DNA of 63,601 nt, the filler included, from Ministeria vibrans ATCC 50519 (lineage: Eukaryota; Protista; Filasterea), in assembly GCA_943704425.1 (NCBI GenBank). It is 5 parts of 5 records of this genome, joined end to end, with 100 filler letters (N's around TTAATTAATTAA, not from the genome) between each part and the next. Parts side by side here need not be neighbours in the genome. Positions count along the whole stretch, not along the records: positions 20,282 to 47,019 come from CALSCP010002020.1; positions 47,120 to 60,551 come from CALSCP010001437.1; 3 more parts are not named here. One strand, given 5' to 3'. Made by a program: the position numbers and the translations under genes. The notes below the pieces were generated by a model. The model saw only the letters and a list, made by a program, of their open reading frames with translations, did not search any database and was not told where the DNA came from. The first letter of the stretch is position 1. Each line of letters starts with the position of its first letter. Shown here piece after piece: positions 42,404 to 56,500 of this stretch.

Positions 42404-45400
42404 ATGGACATTGCGGACGCCGCAGCGCCACCCCGCACGGCCGGATCGTCCGTGTCGATCCCCGCGGCCCCGCGCCCGGCCCCGCAGGCGGCGATTGAGC
42501 AGGCAGTCGCCGATGGACTCCGTGTGGTCCACTCCAACGACCATTCCACCAACGACGTACACCACTGCCCCCCTCCATGCCCCCTGTCTACCCCTCTCCT
42601 ACCTCTTTCCCTTGCCCACGTAGCCTCCGTTCCGCTCACATTTGCTGACTATCACTTTTCTTCTTTTACCTTTTTTTTTCAAAACACTCTAATATTCTTT
42701 TTTTAAACCGCCAATCCAAGTTTGGACTAAAGTGCTGTTTGTCTGTGTGTCTCGCCCCGCACTGCAGCCGTTCCTCTTCCCGCTGAACCACATCCGCACG
42801 ACCAAGTACACGCCGTGGACGGCGCTTCCGCTGAACCTGTTTGAGCAGTTCCATCGCTTTGCCAACGTCTACTTCCTCGGCATAGTCATCATCTCGCTCA
42901 TTCCAGCAACGCAGGCCCTCAACCCAGCCACGTCCATCTTCCCCCTGGTCTTCGTGCTTACCGTCAGCGCCATCAAGGACTTCGTCGAGGACTACCGTCG
43001 TGGCCAGAACGACGCAGAAATCAACAATCGACTGTGCCAGGTCGGTCGGTCCTCCACACACCTCCCACACACTATTATTTTTTATTGTTTTTATTGTTTT
43101 TTTTTTTTGTTGTTTTAGATTGTGCGTGATGGCGTGGTGCACGATGCGGAGCCATGGAAATCTGTGCGTGTCGGCGATATCCTTCTGATCAAAAACAACG
43201 AATTCGTCGCAGCTGACATGCTTGTCCTGTCCACCAGCGAAGAAGTAACGTGAAGCACATCTCCAAAAGAAATCCACTCTCATTTGCACTATCTCTATCT
43301 GTAGGACGGTCTGTGTTACATTGACACGTCGTCAATGGACGGAGAGACCAACCTGAAGATCCGCGAGGCGCACATGGCGACCAAGTCGGAATTTGTCGAT
43401 GTGGACGCGTGCAGTGCCTTGCGCTGTCGTGTCGAAAGTGAACCGCCCAACAACAACATCTACAAGTTTGAAGGGCGTCTAGTGATGAGTGGCGAGGAGT
43501 GTCACGCCGTCACAATCAACAACATGCTTCTGCGAGGCTGCATCATGCGCAACACCGAGTGGGTCTTTGGTCTCGTCCTGTACACGGGTCACGACACAAA
43601 GCTCATGATGAACAGTGGAAAGACTCGCCTCAAGCGCACCCGTCTCGAGCGCCAGATGAACAATGTTGTTATTGGTATCTTTTCCTTTCTCATGATCTGT
43701 TGCTTCGTCTTGGCCATTCTCTCAGGTAACCCAACCACACAAAGCAACGACAAGACTCTCAAAAAGAGGGGGAAAATCTCCAACTCATTTTGTTTTTTCT
43801 CCTTCTATATCACTTGTTTTTTTTTCTCATTTCTCTGTCTTTATCACTTTGTGTTTTTTTCTCTCTCTCTATTATAATTATCACTGTTTCTTTTCTTTCT
43901 TCTTCTTTTCTTTCCTCTTTATTGCTTTGTTCTCTCTCCCTTCTCTCTCTTTCTCGCCCTCTCCTCTTTTTACCCTCATGTGTGTAGGCGTGTGGGCGCG
44001 CGACAACGATGACAGTCAATGGCAGATTGCGGCAACAACAAGTGCGCCTGTGCAGGGCATTATCAACTTCTTTTCCTTCATTCTCATCCTCCAGACCTTT
44101 GTCCCCATCTCTCTCTACGTCACTGTCGAGGTCACCAAAGTCATTCAGACGTGGTTCATCAAGCAGGATGTCGAGATGTACGACAGTGAGTTTGATCGTG
44201 CCTGTACTCCTCGTACCAGCGCACTCTGTGAGGAACTCGGTCAGATCGAGTACATTTTCAGGTGAGATTTTTAAAAAAAATTTAAACCGTTTTTGACATT
44301 ATGTTTCACATAGTGACAAGACTGGTACTCTGACACAGAATGTGATGGAGTTTTTTGGTGCGTCTATTGCGGGAGTGCCCTATGGAATTGGAAGCAATCC
44401 AATGGCAAAGGTACACACATACATGATACACACACACACACACACCTCTCTCTCTCTCTCTCTCTCTTTGTTGCTTTGCTGACGTGGTGTGTTTAGGAGG
44501 AATCCATGTCGACGGTGAGCCCTCCGCTGTGTCCATACTCGAATCCCGGCTTTAAGTACGGGGTGGATGCGTTTGTGAAGGAGGTGCGTGAGGGGAAGAA
44601 CGCACAGGTGCGCGACTTTTGGCGACTGCTCGCACTGTGTCATACAGTGGTGGTGGAGACAGAAGACAACACTGATGACAGTAGTGCTGGCGGTGCGCTT
44701 GGTGCAGGAGAGGTGAAGACGCCCGAGTACAATGCACAGTCGCCCGATGAGGCTGCACTTGTGGCGGCTGCACGTGACTTTGGCTTTGCCTTCCACACGC
44801 GCAACACCACTTCCATCACCATCAACGAACTCGGCAAGGACGTCACGTACGAGTTTCTCAATGTTCTTGAGTTTAATTCAGACCGCAAGCGCATGTCCGT
44901 CGTCGTGCGCGACCCAAACTCGCGTGAGATTCTCCTTTTGACTAAAGGAGCAGATGACAAGGTACAACACCGAAGTTTCTTGGAGCCATCAATACTAACG
45001 AACGTGGTTGGATGTGTGTGTGGTAGATTCTGGGACTACTTGAGAAGGGTCAAGCTGCGTCAAATGTGGTGCGGACGACACGATCTCATCTGAGTGGGTT
45101 TGCGCAGGAAGGACTGCGAACACTGTGTCTGGGACAGCGTGTGATTCCCGAAGATGAGTACGCCGCCTGGGCTGCGCGGTTCAACCAGGCGACGATGGTG
45201 TCGGAGGGGCGCGACGAGGCCATTGATGCGGTTGCGGCAGAGCTGGAGGTTGACTTGAAGCTGGTGGGCGCGACTGCGGTCGACGACAAGCTGCAGGTGG
45301 GTGTTCCCGAGACGATTGCGACGCTCGCTGAGGCGGGCATTAAGATCTGGGTGTTGACGGGCGACAAGCAAGAGACGGCCATCAACATTGCCTTCTCGTG

Positions 45401-46810
45401 TCGTCTACTGACCGACGACATGAACATTATGATTGTCAATGCGCATTCAATGGAGCAGACCCTCTCGGAGATTGCCGAGACGATGGAAGTGTACATTACG
45501 CGAAAGAAGGTCGGCACGCGCGGACCACAGTTGCTCAAGGACGAAAACGCACTTGTCATTGACGGACACACTCTCAACTTTGCTCTCCAAGACGAGTGCC
45601 GTCCTGCCTTTCTTGAGCTTGCTCTCCAGTGCAAGGCTGTTGTGTGTTGTCGCTGCTCGCCGTCGCAGAAGAGCCAAATTGTTGATATGGTCCGAAGAGG
45701 TACGTGCATACTGATTGAGCAGACTTTAAAGCAATACAATAGCTCACACTATGCGTTATAGGTTGCGATGTGATCACACTTGCGATTGGAGACGGAGCCA
45801 ACGACGTACCAATGATTCGTGCAGCAGATGTGGGCATTGGCATTAGCGGACGTGAGGGAATGCAGGCTGTACTGGCCAGTGACTATGCCATTCCTCAGTT
45901 CAAGTAATAGTCTGCCATTTCATGTGTGTTGTTGTGCTGATACACGTATATATAGGGCTTTGCAGGTTCTTCTGCTCAAGCACGGTGTCTGGTACTACCG
46001 TCGCAACACTTGGCTTATTCTCTACTTCTTCTATAAGAATTTTGTCTTTACAATGGCCAATCTTTGGTTTGCTATATACTCTGGTTTTTCCGCCCAAACC
46101 ATTTACGAATACACTCAGGTAAAAACATGAAATGTGATATGTGTGTCAATTCTCTATAATGACTTTTTTTGTCATCTTTCTTTCTTCTTGTCATCTTTCT
46201 CTCTATAATTATTTTATGTTACATTAATTATATCGTTTTTCTTTTCTTTCTTCTTGTCATCTTTCTCTCTCGATAATTATTTTTATGTTACATTAATTAT
46301 GTCGTTTTTCTTTTCTTTCTTCTCCCTTTAAAACTCTCTCTCTTTCTTTCTCGATTTGGTCACACTTGTCATTAGATTATGCTGTACAACATTGTGTTTA
46401 CGGGTCTGCCTCCCATTGTCATGGCTGTCTTTGACCAGCACATTCCCGCCACTGCCGCCTACAAGGTCCCTCAGATGTACCTCAAGGGTATTCACGGGAG
46501 TTTCTTCAGTTCAAAACTTGTCGCGTCCTATCTCATTGATGCAGTCTATCAAGTCAGTCAATCAAAGAAAGAAAAAAGAGGCCAATGAGAGATATTGAGA
46601 AATATTGAGAGCGAGAGGCACTGTGTCTCCATCTTTGCCTTAATGATTTTGCACTCATCTGATTGTTTTTTAGTCTGCCATTCTCTTCTTCTTCCCGATG
46701 TTTGCTGCAACCATTGCATCGTCTGGCGTCGTCTTTGGTCTCTTTTCACTTGGCACTGTCATTCTCGTCGGCGTTGTCACCACTGTCAACCTCAGACTCG
46801 CACTTGAAGT
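42404..46810 (+). CDS. P4-type ATPase (phospholipid flippase), 3' truncated by gap
   Basis: [45 protein letters not shown]|[70 protein letters not shown]. Confidence 0.96.
46170..46320. repeat. Tandem duplication of ~70 bp in an ATPase intron
   Basis: ttcttcttgtcatctttctctc..ataattatttt(t)atgttacattaattat.tcgtttttcttttctttc occurs twice. Confidence 0.85.
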
Positions 46811-46846
46811 AAACACTCTCTTGCTCACTCCTTCGCACACTCACTT

Positions 46847-47019
46847 ACTCTCTCTCTCTATCACTTTGTTTCTCTCTCTCTCTCTGTATCACTTTGTTTC
46901 TCTCTCTCTCTCTATCACTTTGTTTCTCTCTCTCTCTCTCTGTATCACTTTGTTTCTCTCTCTCTCTCTATCACTTTGTTTCTCTCTCTCTCTCTCTATC
47001 ACTTTGTTTCTCTCTCTCT
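46847..47019. repeat. (TATCACTTTGTTTCTCTCTC..)n minisatellite
   Basis: About six tandem units running into the gap; the same motif recurs elsewhere in the window. Confidence 0.92.
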
Positions 47020-47119
47020 NNNNNNNNNNNNNNNNNNNNNNNNNNNNNNNNNNNNNNNNNNNNTTAATTAATTAANNNNNNNNNNNNNNNNNNNNNNNNN
47101 NNNNNNNNNNNNNNNNNNN
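47020..47119. other. Artificial contig linker
   Basis: N-TTAATTAATTAA-N. Confidence 0.97.
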
Positions 47120-48961
47120 GCAAGCACTGCCACTCAAGGCAGACACGGAAGAAAATGCACCGGTGTGCATTGCGCTCTCGTCGCTCATTCTTTCTCATCC
47201 CGCAGAGGTACAATTTGTTTGTTTGTTGCAAATTTTTTTAATGTGCCTGTCACTCATTGGTGATTTTTTTTTGTTTTTCAGATGTCATCGCATTTGACAA
47301 GCGTCTTTCAAATGTTTGCGCATGTGCTGGCTGATCCCGACCAGCAACTTCCCAAAAACGGTAAAAACAAAAAGAGATTTGGAAAAAAAAAAGAAAATGA
47401 CTCTCTGAACTCTCTACAATTATTTATTTTGCTGTTTTTTTTTTTTTTTTTTTTCTTTTGTGCTTACTGTTTGTGTGTATAGGGTTCGATTTGGTCGCTG
47501 CAAGTAAGTCCCGACGGCAATGGACTGATGACGGGCAGTTCGGACAAGTGTGTGCACTTTTGGGACTTTGAGCTTAAGGGAGGGAAGACATTGCACGCTG
47601 TCCATGTGCGCACGTTGCAGATGGAGGACGATGTCATGGTGGTGCGCTACGATCCCAAGTACGCGCTATGCATTTTATTATGCCCTGCTCTTTGTGTTGT
47701 GTCTCCTTTTTTTTTTTGTAACACTTTTATCTTGTTCTGCATTTTGACTTATAGGCAACGCGTGATTGCTCTTGCGTTGTTGGACGCGACGGTGAAAGTG
47801 TTTCATGCAGACACACTCAAGTTTGCGCTCTCGCTGTACGGTCACAAGCTGCCGGTACTGGCGATGGATGTGAGCAGCGACGGGACATTGCTGGTGACGG
47901 CAAGTGCCGACAAGAATGTCAAGATTTGGGGGTTGGACTTTGGGGACTGTCACCGGTCGATGTTTGCGCACCAGGACGCCGTGACGAGCGTGCGCTTTGT
48001 GCCCGAGACGCACTTCTTTTTCACGGGAGGCAAGGATGCGCGTGTGCGCTACTGGGATGGCGACCGGTTTGCCGCCATCACGACCATGCCGGGTCACATG
48101 AGTGATGTGTGGGCTATTGACGTGAGTCGTGATGGTCGTATGCTCGTGAGTGCGTCACGCGATCGCTCAGTGCGTCTGTGGCAGCGCAGTCAAGACCAGA
48201 TTTTCTTGGAGGAGGAGCGTGAGCGCGAACGAGACGAAGAGGCGGAGCGTCAGATGCTGGAGCAGGACCGTGGCAGTGGACGCACGGAGCGAGTGGGAGC
48301 GGGCGTGGTGGACGAGACGACGGGCGAGCCCATGGACAACAGTGGGGACACCGCAACGGGTGGTGGCGGCGACGAGGCTGCGCTTGCGATTCGGAATCGC
48401 GAGACGGTGCGCGATGCCGAGCGTGTGGTGGAGGCGCTTGAGCTGTGCGACGACGAGCGGGCGCGTCTGCAGCAGCACGCCGAGTCGGCGGAGACTCTGG
48501 CGTTCCAGCCCAATCCAATTTTGGTGGCACTCGGAGGCATGACACCCGATCGCTACGTGCTGCACACCATGGAGAAGGTGCGTCCGGCCGACCTGGACGA
48601 GGTGCTGCTGTCGCTGCCCTTCACGAGCGCCTGCAGTCTGTTGCGTCACACGCTGCAGTGGCTGCGACAGGAGCGCTCGCTCGCCACCGAGCTTGCCTGT
48701 CGCATTGTCTTTTTCCTGGTGCGCACGCACCACCCTCAGTTGGTCTCCACCAAGTCGATGCTCGACACGCTCGACGAACTGCGTGTCGTGGCGCGCGCCC
48801 GTGCCGCCGAGCTGCGCGACACTGCCGGCTTCAATCTGGCGGCTTTGCGTGCCCTGCGTGCCCGCCTCGAGTCTCGCGGCACCACCTTCTTTACCGAACA
48901 GCTTAATGCCGAGCAGGCAAAGCGTTCTCGCAAGCGCAAGATGGCCTTTGGCTCCGTGTAA
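47120..48961 (+). CDS. WDR3: U3 snoRNP WD40 protein Utp12/Dip2/WDR3, 5' truncated
   Basis: LSLYGHKLPVLAMDVSSDGTLLVTASADKNVKIWGLDFGDCHRSMFAHQD, SVRLWQRSQDQIFLEEERE, and a C-terminal Utp12 domain (LDEVLLSLPF, ELACR, GFNLAAL). Confidence 0.95.
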
Positions 48962-50069
48962 AATGAAAATTAATAATCAATTTAGAAAATATAATTATAT
49001 ATTTTTATGGTTTGATCACTTTGATTCTTTATTATATCGCTTTCGTGCTTTAACGTGTCTCGTGCACAGAGTACAACATGGCAACGGACCCCAAAACGAT
49101 CGTTGCAAGCAGTGCTGATGGCGGAACCCAATTTGTCCAGTTGTACTACCCAATTATGGACTCGCAGCGACACGTACGGCCAAAACAGCGAGGCAGTGCG
49201 TTAGAGATCGGCGAGTGTGCTGATAAGTCGATTGAACGCTCATGCGTCTTTCTCGTCCTTGTCGCGTGCCTGCGGTGGCCGCCCATATGAATTGATTTTG
49301 TTGCTTTATGAGATGGCGATGTCTGGGGAAGTTGTCTGTTGCGCTCGTCGGTGTGGAATATTGTCTTCTCTTTTGTCTTCCGCCGCATCTACTGGGCGCC
49401 GCGCCGTGTCACGCGAGTCGTTGGCGTTTGTCTTTGACTTTTCCTCGCTTCCCCTTGTAGAAAGTAGTTCGGTTTTACAGGGACGAGTCGCTTGTCGTGT
49501 GGAACGGAAACTGCGTTGCATCCAGTGCCATTGGGCCCTTCTTCACAGAGCTGCCCTCCTCGAAAACAACGACAGACTCAGTCGACATCCATCCTGCGGG
49601 GGGTAAGTGCCGAGGCAGGAACGCAAACCTGTCAGTTGTGTGTCGTTTGACGGAACCTTTGATGTTTTGCCGTAGCGTCCGCCGACAACATCTTAGTAGT
49701 GGTACAAGGGCATGTGCAGTATGGGTCTGCGCCAGTCCGTGCTTTCACACAGACTTTCCTTCTGGTGGTGTCGAGCGACGGTGGAACCTTTGTCAAAAGC
49801 GACTGCTTTCGCTTCCTGTAACAGCGCGTGTGTCAGTCTGTGAGTGAATGTGTCCCCTGTAGTAAAAACTTATATCCGTATTGTATTCAACGATTCATTA
49901 TCCAACGACACAGTCACGGACTACTGACGATGGAGTACTGGGTCACACAACATACAGACCAACGCTTCCTCTGGAGTCCTGATTATTGATATCTTATTAG
50001 TTATTACTAATAAATCTTTACTTAACACTTCACACACACACACACTTTACTATTCTCTCTCCCAACATC

Positions 50070-50913
50070 ATGTCGGACAACAACGACTGTGCGACACGCG
50101 AGCGGTGTCTCTGGCTTAAGAAGGCACTCTTGCATCTGGTGGTGGCCGAAGAGATGACGGAGTTCCACAAAAACCCCAACTTCATTGCGGAACATCGCGA
50201 CGGCGTCCTGGGCTTGTCCCGAGCCAAGGTACCCCCGCGTACGGGCTGCCCTGCATGCCTCCTGATTGTCCATTTGTAGTTCTTGGAAGTCCCCATCGTC
50301 GCCGCACGCGTAGATAAGGTGGGAAAGGCGCTGGACGAGTGGCTGCGCCAGTTCACCGAACTCTCAACGCTCTACTACCGCGCCACCGGCAAGGATTTCA
50401 CCAAACGACTCGCCAACGGCGTGGTTGGCAATCTACACGTGGCCATCCGTACGCCGACGGAGCGACAGATGCGCAATGCTGAGTTCGTGGCATCCGCCAA
50501 ATCCTCCGTCAAAGTTCTGAAACCCACAACAGCTGGACCCGACTCACCATCGTCATCGACACGCACAACAACAACAGCAGCATCAGCATCAGCAACTACC
50601 ACATCAGCTTCCAACTTATTACGGCCACCTCAACCGGCCAAGCCACGAAAGCGGCGAGTGCTGTCCGCTCTTGCCAGTTCGCTTTCGCGCCTTTCGTCGC
50701 ACAGTGATGCAGAGGCGAGTCACGACGAGGACGACGAGGGAGACGACGATTATGACGAAAACGACGAAGAGGACGCTGGCACCACCGAGAGGGTAGACGC
50801 GGAGGATGATCGATCGTCGGGTGTCAGTGACAACGACTACCAACTGCTTGATGACGATCTGGTGCGCGACACAGGCATAGTCGTGCTCGACAACGAAGAC
50901 CACGATGTACCAG

Positions 50914-50944
<31 letters not shown>

Positions 50945-53284
50945 ATGCACCGACAACAAGGGGGGCACCGATAACAACGGAAACAAGGATGATGCCGACG
51001 ACGACGATGGCTTCGAACTAATCGACAGTGCTGATGCACGCCCTCCGCCCCCACCCACGGAGGACGCGCGTGCCGCATCAGCTTCAGCTGCGTCTGGCTC
51101 GCGCGGGCGCAAACGACGCGAGTTTATTGACGCGTTTGCGGCGCTGATGCTCACCAAGGAGAAGGACGGCACACTCGCGTCGCTGGTCAATGTTATCATG
51201 GCCGCTCATCACACGTCCGAGCTGCCGCCTCAGTACCGCCTTCTCTTTGATTTGCAGCGCGCCATGGCGCTCACCAACATCGACGACATGAGCCCCGACG
51301 ATATCCAACGTGTTCGTCGCTCGTACTCGTCAACGCCACGTCGGGCCATCATGGCTCTGCTCAAGCTCACATCGCCCGCCACCCTCCTCAGTGGTCTCGT
51401 CACCCTGGTCACGACGAAGCGTCTCGGCTCTCGCTCCCAGCTGCAAAAGTGGCTTGCGGCCGCGGTCGATGCACGCGTTGTGGACCAGCGTCTTGAACAG
51501 GCGCGTGCGGGTGTTCACGAGTCGGTCGCGGCGCGTCTGCGTGACTACGTTGACCGTGTCTACCCATTTCCCGCCCCGCCTTTCGATCATGCGAGTGTCT
51601 CTGCGATTTTGAGCAACAACCAACTGGCACCGACGCACGGTGTCGACACAGACGCACTTCACGCCGTGCTGACGGATGCCCATTATGCATATGGCGCCTG
51701 GATGGTATTGTGGTACGACGTGCGCGCGCGCGACAACAACACCTTCCTCGAGGCACTCGGTCGCGGACCCACCGAGCAACTCATTGCGCAGCTTATTCCA
51801 GCGGTACAAGAGCCACTGGGCGGCGTTCTTAATGCCGGCGGACTCCCCTCGCTCGTCTCCACCTGCTTTTCCGCTTGGGGTGCTATCATCCGTGTGCTTG
51901 CCAACGACTCGTTGAGCGCGCAGCAGCGACGTACCGCCTGTGCGCCCTTTGTCGACAACATTGTCGAAGCCATCTATGCATTTATCCGCCGTGCGATTGT
52001 TCTCGACAATGGCACATTGCTGAACCTGCTTGAGTGGCTGCTGGGCTCGTGGGCGGCTCAAGGCGGCACGGGCATCGACGTGCACGCGCTTTTTGTCTCC
52101 CAACTGCCCAGCGAGGAGCAGCAGGCAGTGTGGGCTGAAGTGGATGCATACAGGCAGGCAAGCGAGGCCAAGAGCAGCAAGTCGGGAGGAAGGACGAGCG
52201 AGGCTGATGGTGCGGGTGTTGAGGAGACACAGGGGACAACAACGCAACAGGACGGTGGCGCCGAAAAGGCAGCGCCCGAGCAGTTGTACCATCGCGGCTC
52301 GATGACACAGACAACACTGGACACGGTGAGACGGACTGTCCTGCCGTCTTTTCGTGATCATCTGCGAGCCAATTTACGAGCGGCCGCGCACCGACGACAC
52401 GCTACGACGACGGGTACTGAGACGACACGTGAAGCACCGCAGCAACGCCATGGAGAAGCGTCGGAGGAGGAGGAGGAGGACGACGACGACGACTTCTGTG
52501 TGGTGGAGACGACGCCAAGTGGCGGGGTTGTGACAGCGCAGCCGCGCGTGTCTATGGCCCTGATCGACGACATGGCTGCACCTCCGCACGACACCGACTA
52601 CATCACACACATTGAGGTGCTTGCGGGCAACGAAAGCACTCACACGGTGCGCGCGCGTGGATTCCACCGCCTTCCTCTCTCGTGCAATCCCGGCGCTCTC
52701 TCCCGCAACACTCACATTTGGTTCAAGGTATTAACATGATGGTATATTACAAAAAAAAAAACAATCCTTCTAATTTTTGCTGGCTTGGTTTTGCTTGTTT
52801 CCTGTTTGTTTAGCGAACGCCTCTGGACGAGCTGCGCGAGGGCAACTGGGAGAGGCAAATGCAGCCCGTGGTGGAAGTGCGTGTGGGCGACACCCCAGAA
52901 CGTGTGGCGCTGTGTCGCTCGCAACGCTTCAATGCAGTCGGGCGACCCGTCAACTGTGGGACGCTTGTGGGCGCACTTAAGGTAGCGCTGCGCAGTGTCT
53001 GTCTTAACACCCATGCGATTCCATAATGATAATATAATAATATGATTGTTTGTTTTGTTTTGTTTTCATCTTATTCCATCTTGACGTAGGTGAGACTGTG
53101 GTACCGACGTGGCCCACCGGGTGAGCAGCGTCCTCTCTGCGATTTGTCGTTGATGCGCAACGACGACCGTCCCCCGTGTGAGCTTGAACACGGATGGTTT
53201 CCCGTCGCCGGCAATCTCAACATTGGCAATTTGGGGGCAACTGTGACGCTCTGGGCACGACGTGGTCGCGCTCTTGAGCTGTAG
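50070..53284 (+). CDS. PXB/DUF3818 (yeast Ypr097w/Lec1-like) protein with an acidic low-complexity insert and a C-terminal MABP beta-prism domain
   Basis: WLKKALLHL..EEM (PXB-like); LLKLTSPATLLSGLVTL...GSRSQLQK, RDNNTFL..L...TEQLI...QEPL, IYAFIRR..L.NLLEW (DUF3818-like); three DYITHI/PVVEV/PLCDL...G(F/W)..(N)LN.G...LW.(K/R)R repeats (MABP-like). Confidence 0.6.
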
Positions 53285-53567
53285 ATAGAATGATGCATAT
53301 ACAAGAGGGATCCAACCCGAAAGGCCGGAACTCGCGAACCAATGCAAATTGTGTCATTTTAGGAAAATAAATAGAAGAAGAATACAATAGGAAAATAAAT
53401 AGAGAATCGAGAGCTGTAAAGTGTGTCATTTTAAGGAAGATTCTGATTTTGGCTATTGGCTAACTATTGAGTATGGCAGAATTTTTTAATCTGACATCTG
53501 CTTACTCTGCGGTCTTCCTCTTGGGCGTCTTGGCCTCAGCTATATTGCCTTCGCAGATACCTTCTCG

Positions 53568-56500
53568 ATGGCATCCTCGCGTGTGCTGCTGTGCCTCGTC
53601 TGCGTTGCGTTGCGCCTTTTGCCGCTCACGCAAGCCAACGTCCACTTCACCGACGTTGCCGACGCCGTTGGGCTGCGCTACCTTGAGCGGACGGTGAGTG
53701 CTGCAAGCGGGCGTGCTGCCATGCCAATTAGACGGGTGTGAGTGGTTTACTTCACACGCCCCTCTCTCTCTCTCTGCTTTAGGTCGCCGCACCACAGCCG
53801 CGCGAGATTCTCAACGTCTTTCCCTTCATTCAAGAGGTGGCAATTCTCTCTGGGGCTGCTGCTGTGGGCGACTACGACGATGACGGCGACCTGGATCTGT
53901 TTGTGACGCAAGTGGACTCGACGGGTGTTCTCTACGAGAATGTCAACGGCTCATTTGTCGACATGTCCCATCGTCTGAACACCCCTAAGCGCGCCGCTAC
54001 AGTTACGGGCATTCCTACCGATATGTATGGCCAGACATGCGGTGCGGCGTGGCTTGACATCGACAACGACGGTGATTTAGACCTGTAAGGTCGACGGTGG
54101 TACGACTGTTTCATTTTACCTCATCGTCTTTCCTCTTTTCAGGTTGGTCGGAAGCTGTTCGGTGGACCCGGAAAATGGAAACTTTGTCTACATTAACGAT
54201 GGACAAGGTAACTTTACGGAGGAGGCAGAGGCGCGCGGACTTGCCATGACGGAGTACAAACTGATTGGCGCGCCCTTTGCCGTCTTCGGCGTCAGTGGAC
54301 ACGACATAAACCGTGACGGTCTCATTGATCTCGCGTGGGGTCAGTGGGCACCACATCCAAGCAGCTATCCGCGGCTCCCGCGTCACCACTGGTCGCGTGT
54401 GTTCCTCAATCAACCCTCTCAGCCGGGCTTCTTCGTCGACGCCTCTGCCTCCATGCTACCCGACTACTTAGCCTGGGCCTTCTCGCCGGCTTTTGCCGAC
54501 ATGGATCGCAACGGCTGGCCCGACATGGTGGTTGCAGCAGACTTTCGCTCGTCGCGCATGCTCAACAGCACAGAACTGGGCTTTGTCGATGTGACGGACC
54601 TTGTCAAGGTGGGCCTCGATGAGAACGGCATGGGCTCGGCACTCGCCGACTGGAACCACGACGGCTATCTTGACTGGATTGTCACTGCCATTTTTGATCC
54701 CCACTCCACCTGGTAAGCAGAGAATATCATCAAAAGAGAGGGGTAGAGGGAGGGGATATTGAAGAAGTTGCAAGAAGCCCCAAATAATAATATAATTATA
54801 ATAAGAAAAGAAAAGAACTTATACTACTAACAAGAATAACAAGAATAACAAGAATAACAAGAATAACAAGAATAACAAGAAAAATAATTAACTTATTAAA
54901 ATAATAATAATAATAATAGTTGAATTATAAATTGAATATTTTGAGCAGACATCTATGACTGTATTAATTGATTATTTTGAACATTAATAAATGGGTTGTA
55001 TTCTTCTTCTAATTATTTTTGAATATTTTTATTTATTTCTTAGTGCGTTTCAATCTTGCAATTGGGGCTTCTCGGGCAACCGAGCGTACACGAACTTGGC
55101 AGGGGGTACGGCATACGGAGAAGACACGGATTTGCTGGGGGTCCGGGACAACGCGTGGGGCTGGGGGGTGGCGCTGTTTGATGCGGACAACGATGGTGAT
55201 GCCGATATGGCTATGACCAATGGAGCGCGTTTTCCCCAACTGGTCTCTGAGCGTTTCTGGGAGGTTCCGTCGCGCCTGTTTTTGAATGAGGGACCGTTGA
55301 ACTACCCTATGCGTAACGTGAGCGCTTCTGCAGGCATCACCGAGACGAACGACGGAAAGGGACTCATCGCGTTTGACTATGACAACGATGGCGACCTGGA
55401 CATTTTCATTGCAAACACCCACGATCGGCCGTTGCTCTACCGCAACGACGGCGATGTGGTACCCCGTGACTACGTGCGGGTGCGCACACATGGCACCATC
55501 ACCAATTCGTTTGGCATTGGCGCGCGTGTCTACGTGTGCCGTGCAGGTGCGCCACTGCAGTATCACGAAATGGGTGCATCTTCGTCGCACTTTTGTGGGC
55601 ACTCCGCCTCGGCACCTGCTCATTTTGGATTGAACACGACGGGTGGTTCGACGCCGTCGGGCGTCCATGTAGTCGTGTACTGGCCCGTGTCGAATCGAAC
55701 GCAGGCGTGGCGCGACGTGACACTGCGTGAGACATTGCATGCGCGCGAAAATGATACGGTGGCGCTGGCAGAGGCTGCAGGCTGTGCCACCGCCGAGGAC
55801 TGCTGGGCGCGCTACTCGTGTTTGCCGGCGCCACCGCGTGTGCGTATAACGCTAGCGCCCGTGCATCTCACGGCGGGCCAACCTGCGCGCATGCTTCATG
55901 TGGTAGTTGAAGATGCACTCACGGGTGCCGCATCGGATTTGACGGTAGATGACCTTGTTGTGACGCGCACTCTTCTGCGCACCCCCGACTCGGTGCCTTT
56001 GCCCTTTGTCGCGGTGCACTCCAGCGATAGTGGGTCCTTGGTGTGGGACAGCAATGAGCCGGCCGCCGTGGGCTTCAACGTGACCCTGACTGCTTTTGCA
56101 TCTGGTTGGTTTGATGTGAGGCTGCGTGCGGCTGCGATACGCAATGCCCTTGGCTACCGCAGTACCAACTCAGAGCAGTCGGTGGCGCTGACATCTGTTC
56201 CTATTGCTGCCCGGGGACTGAACGTGACCCTCGAAGGTCTAACCAATGCCACTGCAGGCAGCACACATCAGTTTACGATTGTGGTCGAGAGTGAGCTCTT
56301 ACCGGTGCTTATTCGGCAACCGAACTGGACGCTACATTCACTGATGCTCACGCAGCCGCTTTACTACGACATCGAACTCACTGCTCCGTTGCCTTTGACC
56401 TGGCCCACAAGTGTCGTGAATGTTGCGTATGGCACCACCGTGTCGTTGCAGGAAGGTCTGCGTCTCGAAACACCGGTGACGATTAGCCTTCTTGAGCCCA

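Noticed and set aside
51330-52361. Long antisense ORFs (343 aa here; also 8668-9441, 15905-16621, 38985-39788 and 55033-55740)
   Set aside because: Shadow ORFs expected opposite GC-rich coding exons; no recognisable motifs.
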